From assembly GCF_035594765.1 (NCBI RefSeq), contig NC_085842.1, forward strand, positions 315,751,749 through 315,815,748: a stretch of DNA of 64,000 bases, in the 5' to 3' direction. Positions 24,586-37,012 of the stretch are shown here, piece by piece. Each line of letters opens with the position of its first letter. Positions within the stretch are counted from its first letter, which is position 1. The DNA comes from Anolis carolinensis (taxonomy: Eukaryota). Made by a program: the position numbers and the translations under genes. Below the pieces are notes generated by a model. It did not search any database, was not told the DNA's origin, and saw only the letters and a list, made by a program, of their open reading frames with translations.

Positions 24586-25744
24586 GTATAATGTATATAT
24601 AACATATAAATGAATTTTGTGTTTAAACTTGGTTCCCATCTCCAGGATATCCCATTAGCAATATGCAGAACAATTTTTATCCCAAGCATTTTGGATAAGG
24701 GATTTTGAACCTATTGTTGCAAACAATGGGCACAAATAACGTACAGATCCTAGTACATTAGGGGGGAAATGTCAGTCCTCTATATCAAGCAGCATGCAAA
24801 GCATTGGATTATAACAATATCTTAAGCAGTATCTCAGGGTTTGGATTGGTTTCATTACACACAATAACATAGCATCACACACTTGGAAAACACCACAAAA
24901 GAAATCTAGTCCAACCCCCTTCCATTAAGAAATACACAACTGAAACAGTCCTGAAAGATTTATCATTTTGTTTTATTTTATTTTCTATCCTGCTCTCTTT
25001 TCAGCTCTGGGATTCAAGGTTGACTATCAAAATTAAAACAGAGAGCAGATAGAAATCAACATCACTAAAACATACTGATGTTAAAAATGTAATAAGCTAG
25101 CAACAGAGTTAAAAGCCATTTTAACAATATGCATTAATGTGCTCATTCATTTACATTTATGTGTTTATATCTACGTGACATATTCCCTTGCCACCTAAAC
25201 TGTGCCTGTATTTTACACATCTTTTATTTCTCTAAAATGGCCTGCAAACCTCACAACAGTTCAAATTCTCAAGACAATGTGAGTTTCTTCTTGCAACAAG
25301 TCTCAAGGGGTACAAAAAGCCTACTTCCATCAAGAGTGTCAAATGAAATGAAACTCTTTTCCATCCCTCATTCCAACTTCACTATTCCCTTGGAGTCCAA
25401 TAGCTTTTGGTGACAGAGTGATGGAACAGATTTGTCTGTTCACTAGAATAGACACATGGAGTTCTGCAACTAAAGCTCCCATTCCTTATCACATCACATC
25501 TTCTGATAAACTTTGTCAGTACTGTCACTTCTCTAATAAAATGTTTTGCAGTGAGTGAATAATTGTTCCATGCAGAGCACAGCTGTATACTTTTACTGGT
25601 TCTTGCTTTAACTGTGTTGCTTCGGATCATAAAAATGTAAGAAGTTCCCTTCTAAGATAAAATCAGATGTCCATCAATCTCATAACCTAGCAGTACAGTG
25701 TTTCTAACAAGGATCAGTCAAGTAATAAATAATTCATAATGAAA

Positions 25745-26060
25745 TAGAAACTATATTAAAAAACAAAATAACATTGAAACCAGAAACTTTTATTAGGATT
25801 ATTAGATAAGCAAATACCAAAGCACCAAGAAAGAATCTTTCTCTACATGACAACAGCAGCAAGCATTGAATGTGCAAAATTGTGGAAACAACAAGCTACA
25901 CCAACTGGATTACAAAAGTCTTTGAAATGGCAGAGATGGACAATTTAACTTTAGCCCTGCAGCAAACTAACCTACAGAATCTACAAGAAGAATGGAAATT
26001 TTTTATAGATTTTGTGAAAAACCAAAAGCAGATGACAACAACAGGATTTGCTAACTAAAT
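25745..26060 (+). mobile_element. L1-clade LINE ORF2 C-terminal fragment
   Basis: Frameshifted PETF.LGLLDKQIP..IFLYMTTAA..AKLWKQ..WITKVFEMAEMD.LT..W..F motif, typical of lizard L1 ORF2 ends. Confidence 0.7.
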
Positions 26061-26207
26061 ATAAGATAAATAATATATTATTATCTTCTGTATTTTGTAT
26101 GTTAAAACTTAAAGGAGGGATGTTATCTGATGGGTCACTCCAGTCAGTCATCTTCTGTAAATTCTGAGCTTAGGAGGGCATTCCCTCCCAAGTTTATTAC
26201 TATTATA

Positions 26208-26514
26208 GGTTAGGTAAGGTTTTCTCCTGACGTTAAGTCCAGTTGTGACCGACTCTGGGGGTTGGTCTCATCTCCATTTCTAAGCCGAAGAGCCGGCGTT
26301 GTCTGTAGACACCTCCAAGGTCATGTGGCCGGCATGACTGCATGGAGCGCCGTTACCTTCCCGCCATAGCGGTACCTATTGATCTACTCACATTGGCATG
26401 TTTTCGAACTGCTAGGTTGGCAGGAGCTGGGGCCAACAGCGGGCGCTCATTCTGCTCCCGGGATTTGAACCTGGCACCTTTTGGTCCACAGTGCTTTAAC
26501 ACACTGTGCCAATA
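26208..26514 (-). mobile_element. Sauria SINE
   Basis: tRNA head, core CCAACCTAGCAGTTCGAAAACATG..GGCTCTTCGGCTTAGAAATGGAGATGAG, Bov-B-like tail with ACCT repeats, 12-bp TSD ATTACTATTATA (26196-26207, 26515-26526). Confidence 0.95.
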
Positions 26515-26842
26515 ATTACTATTATAAGAGAGAGGAAACCCTATATTAGCTCCAAGGGCCATATCCTGCACAATCTACCATGCCCCTTAAAGAGCCCATT
26601 CCAGAGGCCCACAAGAGGGGTTCCAAGGTATACACTAAACTCTTATATTGTCCTCCTGATACCGGCCACTAACAAGGGAAAAGTGTCAACTTCATCCTTT
26701 CTTCCCATCCCTCACTCAAGCCAACGAATATGGCTCTCACCTTAACCTGCAAATCCTCCAGGAACAACGTATTTCCCTCTTCCAACAAATGAATGCCATC
26801 AGATCTATAGAGTTGGGTTATCACAAAGGCTTAAGTTGTTGT

Positions 26843-26982
26843 AGGGCCCTTCCACACAGCCATATAACCCAGAATATCTAGTCAAATAATCCACAATATC
26901 TGTTTTGAATTAGATTATCTGAATCCACACTACCATATAATCCAGTTTAATGTGGATTTTATACAGCTGTGTGGAAGGGGCT
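26843..26982. mobile_element. PIF/Harbinger-type MITE
   Basis: TIR GGGCCCTTCCACACAGC / GCTGTGTGGAAGGGGC; same family as 47241-47382. Confidence 0.8.
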
Positions 26983-28747
26983 CTAGATGGTGTAAACTCA
27001 AGTCAAATGGAGACACTGACAAATGGTTTTCTTGGCAACATTTTTTTCTGAGGGAGCTATCATTATCTGAGAAAGTGTGACTTGCCCAGATGATTTTCAT
27101 AGCTGCGCAGGGATTCAAACCCTGATCAATCAGACTCCTAGTTCGAGATTCATACTGTTGTCCCAAAGATGGGTCAGCTTCCTGGTGTATAGGCTGCAAC
27201 GCTTACCAATCAAAACATGCAGAGATCAGGAGAGAACCAGAAGCTTCTTGATCAAGTAAATATGTTAGGGGGGGGGGGGAGAGAATCCCAGATCTGACAT
27301 ACCTTTCCTTTCTCGGCTACAATATTTTATGGTCTTCAAAAATAATGAGCTTTGTTCTGATGGACTCAAAGTTAAAATCTGTTTTCTCATTGGTTTGAGG
27401 TACATTAATTGTTGTCATATTTTACAGCTGTGACCCGTTGGTTGTATATGTTGGGAATTATAATAAAGTTTATTGGAGAATCCAGAATTCTCTGCTGGCT
27501 GGTGTCCATCTCTATGGGTAGGGGCTTTCCAGGTGAGGAAATACCTGTCAGCCAATGTCAATTATGGCAATAGTTGTTATGGGCTTATCTGGGAGGGATG
27601 ACCCTTAGGTGGTGGGATTTCCTGTTCCTTCCTGAATGGGACACTGGGGAGCTGAGTTGTGGTGATGGGCTTTTGGATGATCTTAGATGACATTTATGAT
27701 GTCCTTGAACAGTTTGCTTCTGGCAATGTTCTGCTTCATTGTGTTTGCCTGGCAGCTGGCAAATAAGGAAGTTTCTGTGCTCCACTTGTGACCTGTGCCC
27801 ATTGTGGTGTTTGTGAAAAGGGGAAAAAACAGGTGAGGCTTCCTAGCAGGGGGTTTCATGCTCCTGATGTCAGGTAGGGGCATAAGGAGATTATCCATCT
27901 GAGCCCCGTTTTCGGGTGTGGGTTTTAAGATAACAATACCACAGGCTGTGTTTAGGCCTCAATCTCTGTAGTCAATTTACTTATCAATTTGCAAGTCACC
28001 ATGTATAAATTCCTTTTATTTATTTCTGTGGTTTGGAAACTATAATATAAAAATGTAAGGATTATTTGACCTCAAAACTGGACAAAGTTTCTGGCTTCTT
28101 TAATCCAAATATCATATTAAATAAATGTGGCCAGTCATGATTGAATGACTGGACTGAATGATGGAACCTATTTTAAATTCAAGGCTATTGGATTTCAATA
28201 GCCCACATGTTGAGTGGCAAACATGTTGCTCCATTTGATTGCTGGATATAAAAACAACCCATCCAATACTTTTTTCTTCCTGTGGTGTTTACTTCCATCC
28301 AGATTTGGAGTGTGTACTACTTAACTATTCAATCTGGATAAACAGAAAAGAAGAGCCTAATTTTAATTTTAATGATAACCGACACACACTTTTGGTTTTA
28401 TATTCTTATCACAGCAGACATGTTTGGTCGCAACGACTAGACCTGTTTTGAATCCTTGATTTGATATATGAAGAATCTTCTCCCCTAGGAAAAAACAACT
28501 TTGCAATTACATATGAATCATTTTAACATCACAAACATATTTTTCACCACAGGAGTTATATATTTATCTCTTCTCCAAGCATCAGACTCAATGTGTTTAT
28601 AACAGTTTTATTATAAAATTAACTAAGTTTATTTCATGACTCCTTATTGATGGCAAAGGAGGGGCTGTCCCAGTCTTCCAGTAGGCGTTAGAGATATAAA
28701 CAGAGTCCAGCAAACTCTGCAAACTTTGATTTTGGATTTTAATGCAT

Positions 28748-28855
28748 ATCATAGAATCATAGAATCATAGAATCATAGAGTTGGAAGAGACCTCACAGGC
28801 CATCCAGTCCAACCCCCTGCAAGAAGCAGGAAAATCTCATTCAAAGCACCCCCGC
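28748..28855 (-). mobile_element. CR1 3' end
   Basis: (ATCATAGA)n octamer tail followed by GTTGGAAGAGACC..GGCCATCCAGTCCAACCCCCT. Confidence 0.88.
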
Positions 28856-30504
28856 CATTTGTTTATTTATTGCTATGTATATTCAGCATCAAATTGTTGC
28901 CTTTGTAAAGCTGCCGTAAGTCTCCTTTGGGGTGAGAAAGATTGGGTACAAGTGTGGTAAATAAACAAATAATTGCAGAGAAATTCACTGAAGATTGGCC
29001 CCAGTGGTTGGTGAGACCTCCCTCCAACCTATCAGCCACTTCTGAACGAGATAAGAACAACCAAGACAACTCCATATACCCTGTTCCCCAAGAGTGGTAA
29101 GAAGTCCTCCCCCCAACTACCATTTCTGAAAGGAAAAAGGAGAGAATCAGCAACCGCTGTACTTCATACCCTTCCTTGCAGTCATTATCTCTGCTTTGCA
29201 TGCCATGTTTTATTATATACCTGAGATTATAATTTGACAGACAACTGTCAAATTAAAAATTGTAACCCAATTTGAAAATCTAGGCAGGTATAAATGATAC
29301 AAACCAACAAACAAACATGTCCCCTCCATATAATACTGCTATCCATATAGCCGATTGGCTTTATGTAGATATTTCTGTCCTGCATGTATCTCCATGAGTC
29401 TTTTCCCTGACTCAGTTACTCTGACGTTGTCCCCAAATATTGGTTACTATGCACAGCTTTCTGCTCTGAGTGTGAAGTGTCTGTATACAATTCCAAGACC
29501 TCTTCAGATGAGATTTTCCATAGTGGGACTAAGAAAATGTGACTTTCCCATAGTCACCCAGTAAGTTCCATTGCCAAACAAGATTCATGCCCTAGTCTCC
29601 ATGGGTCGTAGGGCTCATCTGCATCAACAATATAACTCGTACTCACCATGGCTGCCCCCATGACCCTCCTGCATTTCCTGTAGGTATTATGAGGAAAATC
29701 AGTGGGTATCACCGAGTTTAGTCCCATGTTAAGAAAAGTTAAAAGACACTCTGAAACCCCAGATTAACCCTGTGGCTTTGAGGCAGTGTGACAATTGCAG
29801 GGAAGCGAGGATGAATCATACCCATGTTGCCCGCTCCTTTCCCTGATCTTGCAAGAGCCTCTGCCATTACACCACATTGACTCTCTAGACATCCAGGCAA
29901 TATTGATATCATGGTTTTGGAATTACCCATTTCCTGACTGTAGTGACTAGTAGCTGGTAGCTACCATGGATGAGGGGTAGTAAAACCCTTCTTGTTTGGG
30001 CCCAAATATTTAAGGAACTTTCCAAGGTTACAAATTCTGATACCAAAATTGAGTGGTTTCACCTCCATGTTGACATAGAAGTCACAAACGTACCCCTGGA
30101 TCTAAATTATTTCCTCCATTTATGGCTGTCCTATATTATACCTTTCTTTTTCCCCTCTTTTCCAGTGAAAATCCAGTGGAAAGAGAAACAGTATATGTGC
30201 AAAGCACCTTTTAATTGTGAGCTGTAGAAATATTCTGTCTAGAAGCTCCTCCAGTAAAGAATGAGAACACAATTCTTTGTCTTAGAGACATCTGGAGTCT
30301 ATTACAGATAACAATAATAGCAAGAACAGCAGTGGCATACATATCAATACAAACTGGAGAAAAAAATACAACAAACTACAAATCTATTTCTTTTTTTACA
30401 GATAAGCAAAATGAAGATGCAATGTCAGCATGCCAAAAGGTTGAAATGTATGAGGGAAGAAAGGGGTGGATTTTGCCTATCTCTAATTAGCCATGTGTAA
30501 ATAG

Positions 30505-30840
30505 AAGTCATAAAAGGTGTCCATCCAATCTATGTTTCAAGATTTCTAAAGATGGAAAGTCCACCATGTTCCAAGGAAGTCCATTCAACAGTTAAACAGG
30601 AAGTCAAGAAATACTTCCAATGTTGAGGTTAAATAATTTGCCTTGTAGTTTGAATCGATTGGTTCACGTTCACATATTTGGGACAGCAGGAGGGATGAGA
30701 TTGCTCCATTTTCTATGCATCCCTTCACATAGATTTAAAGATGCTATCACACCACCTCTCAGTCTTCTCTTCTTCACGTTAAATGTCCCCAGTTCTCTAA
30801 AACAACATTAATAAGGCTTGGATTCCAGACTTTTGATTCT
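30505..30840 (-). mobile_element. CR1 3' fragment, degraded
   Basis: TTTAAAGATGCTATCA..CTCTCAGTCTTCTCTTC..CCCAGTTCTCT..ATAAGGCTTGGATTCCAGAC, homologous to 15840-15955. Confidence 0.7.
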
Positions 30841-32199
30841 CTTATATCTCATCCACAATTATAATAGTCTGCTACCACTTTGACCCCATAGGTCCATCCC
30901 ATGGAATCCTGCAGTTTTTAGTTTGTTGTAGCACCAGAACTCTGACAGAGGAAATTCAATATCTCACAAAACTACAAACCGCAGAATTCCATAGCATTAA
31001 GCCAGTTAACGTGACATCAAACTGATATATTTCTGCAGCATTAATATAACCTTGATTTCCTTTTTCTGGATTATGGATAGGAAGATAGGAAGCTGTTTTC
31101 TACTGAATCAGCTTATTGTCCCTTCTAATTCTGCCAATTCTGATCCCCAGAACTTCAGGCATGATCTTTTCTGGCCTTCTGTTAACATTATTTAATACCT
31201 CTCTCACACTAACAATGTGAACACTTTGCTAACTCTACCTTCATCCTCTACTGGAGGCAGTTCCTAGAACGGTTTTTAAATGGTACAAAAGCAAAATGAC
31301 CTTGGCCTTATAGCCTTGTGTGAAAGCTTAACTAGCTCTTGCTCTTTCGAATGGACATCTCTGGATCATCTTCTGGTCCCTGAAGTGGTAATTAGTGATG
31401 ACCTAGCTACAAAAGGTCTGGAGGGCTCTGAATAAACCTTAGGTGGCCTAGATACATACCCATAAATCAATATGAAAGAGGATTTTTCTCTCTCCCTACA
31501 CTCCCATTCAGTTGGTGGTTGATGGCTAATATCATAAATAAATATAGAATTGCTTCTGGCATCCTGCTAATGATGCTTGTAGTCCAATGAAATGTAAATC
31601 CGGCGTCTATAGTATGGCTGAGTACTTTCCAGATTACTGAATTTCTGAGTATATTGGCTAGACATGAGAGTTTAAGCACTCTAAAATTAATTGCAAGATA
31701 TGCCATACTCTAATTGTATGCACTGTCAGAGCTGGGTGCTAAAGTGCCAGTAGATGAGAGCCAGGAGCCGGGAATCAAGCAAAATCCCACTACACTTGAA
31801 CTCAAGGCTATGTTTAGGGGCCAACGACCCTGACCTGAGATGTTGAGCCTGGAGGGTTCCCTGTCATGAGCTATATGTCCAACTCTCTGCCTAACAGTTG
31901 AAGCTGTGATTTCATATAGCAAATAGTGTACCCAAACTGACTGTTTTGCCACCTTTTCTTAATGTTATTTCTTGTAGATTTGTTCCTTTTGCTCTCTAAT
32001 TTTATACAGTGAAACAAGTCATCATGATGATTATGGTAAAAGAGGAGGAAAGAGGAGTTTCTTCTGCTTCTAATAGAAGAAATAGGTAGCATCCTCAGAT
32101 ATTCTAATCTTCCGTAACCTAATGGATTTATTCCCTTCTATTGGGCTGTATGGAGGATGTGGGAAATCCTTTATGCCAAATAACCATTCAGGATGGTAC

Positions 32200-32340
32200 A
32201 TTGTTGTTGTTATTTGTTACACGACAAGATGAGTATACAGCAAACAATATCACTATGCTGGCTTTTGTATTGCATCACACGTCGGACACTTCCCAAGTAT
32301 CTAGGACTATGTGCTGTATCAGCGAATAATGAATGCAGAT

Positions 32341-32392
<52 letters not shown>

Positions 32393-33744
32393 CAAAGACT
32401 CTGGCAGAAACCAGTACAGGTGGTCCCAGTGGTGATCGGCACACTGGGTGCCGTGTCAAAAGATCTCAGCTGGCATTTGGAAACAGTAGACATTGACAAA
32501 ATTACGATCTGTCAACTGCAAAAGGCCACCTTACTGGGATCTGCAACCATCATCTGAAAATACATCACACAGTCCTAGACACTTGGGAAGTGTTCGACTT
32601 GTGATTTTGTGAAACAAAATCCAGCATAACTATCTTGTTTGCTGTGTCATACAACGTCGTTGTGTCAATAATAATAAACAACTTTATTGGTAGGGTATCC
32701 TTTTTCAGCTGACAGATAGTAATTTTGTCCGCACCAATTGTTTTCAAGTGCTGGCTAAGATCTGTGCCGATCACCACTGGGACCACCTCTACTGGCTTGT
32801 GCCAGAGTCTTTGCAGTTCGACCTTTAAATCCTTGTATTGCATCAGCTTTTCCAGTTGCTTCTCGTCTATTCTGCTGTCACCTGGGATTGCAACATCGAT
32901 GATCCATACTTTGTTTTCAACATGATCATGAGGTTAGGAGTATTGTGCTCCAAATCTCTGTTAGTCTGAATTTGGAAGTCCCAGAGTAGTTTGATGTGTC
33001 CATTTTCTATTTTTTTTTTCAGACTGGTGATTTCACCAGTTCTTTGTTGCAGGCAGATGGTATTTGTGGCACAAGTTCCACTGGATCATCTGAGCAATAT
33101 TATTATGGCTCTGCTTGCAGTTGATATGTGCAATCTTCTTGCAGCAGCTGAGGATGTTATCCACCGTTTCATCTGCTTCCTTGCAGAGCCAACACTTGGG
33201 ATCTGTATTCAACTTTTCAATTCTGGCTTTGATGACATTTGTTCTAATTGCTTGTTCTTGGGCTGCAAGAATCAGGCCCTCAGTCTCCTTTTTCAAAGTT
33301 TCATTTGTGAGCCATATCCATATTTTTCCTTGTCACTTTTGCTCTCAATTTTTCCCAGGAACTGTCCACAGAGAACTTTCTTTGCCTGTTTTCTCTTCTG
33401 CTGTGCATTGTATTTTTATAATATTCACTCTTTCCCTTTTGCACTTTAAGCAGTTTTCTACTATTGACTTTCATCAATGTTGGTTTTTTGACTGTCTTTC
33501 ACATAATCTGCCAGTCCTTGTTTCTCTTCTACCATTTGCTTCACTTGCAGAAGCCCTCTTTCTGCCTCCTGACATTCTGAGCAGGTAAAGTCTGTCAACA
33601 TCACTATGTGGGTGTAATTAGTAATGGATTGTCCTTGATTTTCTTGTTTTTTGTCCAGATCATCCAGCTCTGCTTGCATATAGTTCACAATTCCAGCAGT
33701 GTATCTGATGATAGGGATAGCCCAGGTGTTAATAGCCTTGATCG

Positions 33745-33748
<4 letters not shown>
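32200..33748 (-). mobile_element. Older R4/Dong-clade LINE 3' part, interrupted at 32344-32690
   Basis: Translated KAINTWAIPIIRYTAGIV, KKETEGLILAAQEQAIRTN..CWLCKEADETVDNILSCC, YKDLKVELQRLW..VVPVVIG, plus 3' UTR. Confidence 0.9.
32389..32670 (+). mobile_element. Young R4/Dong 3' fragment in an (AAT)n tract
   Basis: Near-identical to the reverse complement of 53447-53730. Flanked by (AAT)n 32344-32388 and AATAATAAT at about 32667-32676. Confidence 0.92.
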
Positions 33749-33800
<52 letters not shown>

Positions 33801-33804
33801 TTAT

Positions 33805-34073
33805 TATGACACAGCAAACAAGATAGATATGCTGGATTTCATATCACAAAATCACAAGTCAAACACTTCCCAAGTGTCTAGGACTGTGTGATGTATTTTC
33901 GGATGATGCGAGCAGATCCCAGCAGGGTGGCCTTTTGCAGTTGGCAGATCGTAATTTTGTCAATGTCTATTGTTTCCAAATGCCGGCTGAGATCTTTTGG
34001 CACAGCACCCAGTGTGCCAATCACCACCGGGACCACCTGCACTGGTTTCTGCCAGAGTCTTTGAAGTTCAATG
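33805..34073 (-). mobile_element. Young R4/Dong 3' fragment running into the assembly gap
   Basis: IELQRLWQKPVQVVPVVIGTLGAVPKDLSRHLETIDIDKITICQLQKATLLGSARIIRKYITQS*, 3' end in (TAA)n 33748-33800. Confidence 0.93.
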
Positions 34074-34207
34074 NNNNNNNNNNNNNNNNNNNNNNNNNNN
34101 NNNNNNNNNNNNNNNNNNNNNNNNNNNNNNNNNNNNNNNNNNNNNNNNNNNNNNNNNNNNNNNNNNNNNNNNNNNNNNNNNNNNNNNNNNNNNNNNNNNN
34201 NNNNNNN
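34074..34207. other. Assembly gap (134 N)
   Basis: Run of N. Confidence 1.
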
Positions 34208-35409
34208 AAAAGGTATAACAACAACAACATTTATAAATACAGCACACAACATACAGAGAAAGTAACAAATACAGTAGACAATACAGTCCCTCCATCCCTG
34301 CACCTGTGAATCCACCACTTTGGATATGGCTCGATTTTATGGAATTATGGAAGTTGAAGTTTGGTGAGGCACCAATAGACCCATGATTCCATAGCATTAA
34401 GCCATAACAGTTAAATGGGTTCAAATTGCATTCATTATACAGCATAGATGCACCCAGAAATTGCCAATGAATACCAATTGTTGTAGACTTTTGGTATCTG
34501 CTGGGATCTGGTTCCAGAACCTCCAATGGACATCAGAGTCCACGGATACTAAACTCCCATTATATTGTGGATGATTGCATGTATGGACGTAGGATCTGTC
34601 AATACAGAGAGCTGACTGTACTATTCACATTCATAAGTAAAGTGAAAGACTGGAGGTTGCAGCTTTCAACAGTTGACCAAAATTCAGTTTCATAGCAAAC
34701 TTGCAAAACTTCAAGCCCTAAAACTTGGAAAACCTTCCAAGAAAATATATGTTTCTATTTAGTAGTACTGTTAATGGCTTCAAAATATATTCTTGCTGAT
34801 AAAATGTTGTGTTACATTCATTCTAGGAGATCATTTTGGTTTGGTAATTAGCGCTTACTTCCATCTCCTTCGACTTGCCACTGTGCGCCACAGTAGCGCT
34901 GGCCATGATTCATGCATTTTGTCATTTCTCTTAATGATGATTATAATTCATGACTTTGTATTTGGATTTTATGAGGCTATACACTGTTGGCAATTTATTG
35001 ATCCTGCCATGACTATTATGCTACTGGGGAGCACCCGTTTGTTCACACACCACTTTTTTTCCACAGATAAAAACTTATTTATGGGAGAACCCTGGTTCCT
35101 GCTTTTGCTTTGTTTTTTTTTCCATAATTACTTTTGAGGCCTCGCCAAAGGCAACAAAATACTGCTCTTGGACTGCTAAAAGGTATGTGAAGATATTGTC
35201 CAAGATTTGGCATTGAGGTATAAAAATCTGCATGTGGAGTCACACAATGATTTTACTGCACAATCTATGACCAAAGTTCTACATAAATGAAAGGAAGTGC
35301 AACTTTACAATTACAAAGTTAGAAAAGTGGATAGTGTTGTTTCATTACACTATTGCAATGTTGTATAACTATCTGCAAGAAGAATGTATAGTGCAGAATG
35401 CACATCATC

Positions 35410-36340
35410 ATGGCTCAAGGCAGGTAACATTGCTAAAATACAAAAACATATAAAACATATAAAATACATATATTAAAACACATTTCTACAAAATACACAG
35501 AACAAAGATGAAACATAAGACACAAGCTTAAAATACACGATTAAAACGGGCTAGATAAGCCTGTCAAAAGAGATAGGTCTTCAAATGCGGTTTAAATTCC
35601 AGCAGCTGATCTAGCTGTTGGAGATCTTCCAGTAGGTTGTTTCACAGTCTTTGGGTGGCCTCTGGGTGATGGTTGTCAGTCTGGTTCTGGCAGGTTGGAG
35701 CAGAAGCCCCCCAGAAGATTTAAGTGTCTTCCATACAGATTGTATGGAAGAAGGTGATCCTTTAGGTAACCTGGACCCAAATCATGTAGGGTTTTAAAGG
35801 TCAAGACCAACACTTTGTACTTTGCCCAGAAACTAATTGGCAGCCAGTGGAGTGACTTTAGTATGCAAGTAATATGTTAATTCCTGTTACAAATCTGGCT
35901 ACTGTATTTTGAAAGTTTCTGAACTTGGTACATATGTAGTTCAATGTAAAGCGCATTGCAGAAATCCAACCTTGAGGTTACCAGTGCATGCACTATCATC
36001 TTTAGTGCCTCCAAATCTAGTAAATGATGCAACTGGCATCCCAGCCAAAGCTGGTAGTAAGCATTCCTGAATGTCACATCTACCTCGGCTGACATTTGGA
36101 GAAACGGATCCAAGAGCACTCCCAAGTTGCGGACACAGTATTTCAGGGGAAGGGTAACCCCATCCAAAACTGGTTGATTAGGACTCTTGATAACAAGCAC
36201 CTCTGTTTTGTCAGTTTCAATTTCTTTTTTCCTCATCCAGCCCATTACGTTTTCTAGGCATTCATTCAGAGGAGACACGTCATCCTTAGCTGAAGCTGCT
36301 TTTGAAGACTTGTAGAAATATATTTAGGTGTCATCAGCAT
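35410..36340 (-). mobile_element. L2 LINE 3' region with decayed RT ORF
   Basis: CLENVMGWM..DKTEVL..VRNLGVLLD..VHALVTSRLDFCNALY; the (Y)ADDT codons (ATGCTGATGACACC) lie at 36327-36340. Confidence 0.9.
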
Positions 36341-36341
36341 A

Positions 36342-36667
36342 GGAGCCCTGGTGGCGAAGTGGGTTAAAGCACTGAGCTGCTGAACTTGCGGACCAAAAGG
36401 TGCCAGGTTCAAATTCCGGGAGCGGAATGAGCACCCGCTGTTAGCCCCAGCTCCTGCCAACCTAGCAGTTCGAAAACATGCAAATGTGAATAGATCAATA
36501 CGTACTGCTCTAGCGGGAAGGTGACGGCGCTCCATGCAGTCATGTCGGCCACATGACCTTGGAGGTGTCTACGGACAATGCCGGCTCTTCGGCTTAGAAA
36601 TGGAGATGAGCACCAATCCCCAGAATTGGTCATGACTGATCATCAGGGGAAAACCTTTACCTTTTAC
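36342..36667 (+). mobile_element. Sauria SINE, full length
   Basis: GGAGCCCTGGTGGCGAAGTGGGTTAAAGC head, GGTTCAAATTCC B-box, core, ACCTTT tail. Confidence 0.95.
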
Positions 36668-36704
36668 TATAAACACTGCCACTTATGCTGGATGATTTTT
36701 TTAG

Positions 36705-37012
36705 GAGCCATGGTGGCACAATGGGCTAAATCCTTGTGCCAGCTGGACTGCTGACCTGAAGGTTGGGTTGCTGGCCTGAAGTTTGATGGTTCAAATTTGC
36801 GAGATGGTGTGAGCTACTGTCCGGCCGGCGAGAGGCTGGCGGTCAGGATGGAGAGCAGCAACTGTTAGCTCTAGCTTGCGGGGACATGAGAGAAGCCTCC
36901 CAGTAGGATGGAAACACACCCAGGCGTCCCCTGGGCAACGTCTCTGTAGACAGCCAATTCTCTCACACCAGAAGCGACCTGCAGTATGTTCTCAAGTAGC
37001 TTCTGACAAGAT
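36705..37012 (+). mobile_element. tRNA-derived SINE, family of 1160-1428
   Basis: Shared body GGGACATGAGAGAAGCCTCCC..GGCGTCCCCTGGGCAACGTC..CCAATTCTCTCACACCAGAAGC. Confidence 0.85.

Larger units (their letters stand above)
22402..24713. mobile_element. Tigger4/MER46-like pogo non-autonomous element, split by two hAT insertions
   Basis: Pieces 22402-22556, 23539-23559 and 24586-24713 join into ...TAAAATACCTTCAGGCTATGTGTATAAG..TATAT..ATAAATGAATTTTGTGTTTAAACTTGGTTCCCATC..CCAAGCATTTTGGATAAGGGAT..AACCT, with a Tigger-type right TIR. Confidence 0.75.

Noticed and set aside
27262-27935. Possible LTR (TGTTA...TAACA, AATAAA at about 27463)
   Set aside because: No convincing TSD for either candidate start; left uncalled.
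32991-33588. 152-aa and 157-aa plus-strand ORFs
   Set aside because: Antisense shadows of the decayed R4 ORF.
33878-34526. ORFs spanning the N-run
   Set aside because: Artefacts of translating through the assembly gap; only the R4 C-terminus is real.
36327-36345. Sauria SINE adjoining the L2 (Y)ADD codons
   Set aside because: Probably coincidence; the L2 was already decayed and no TSD or clear continuation is visible.
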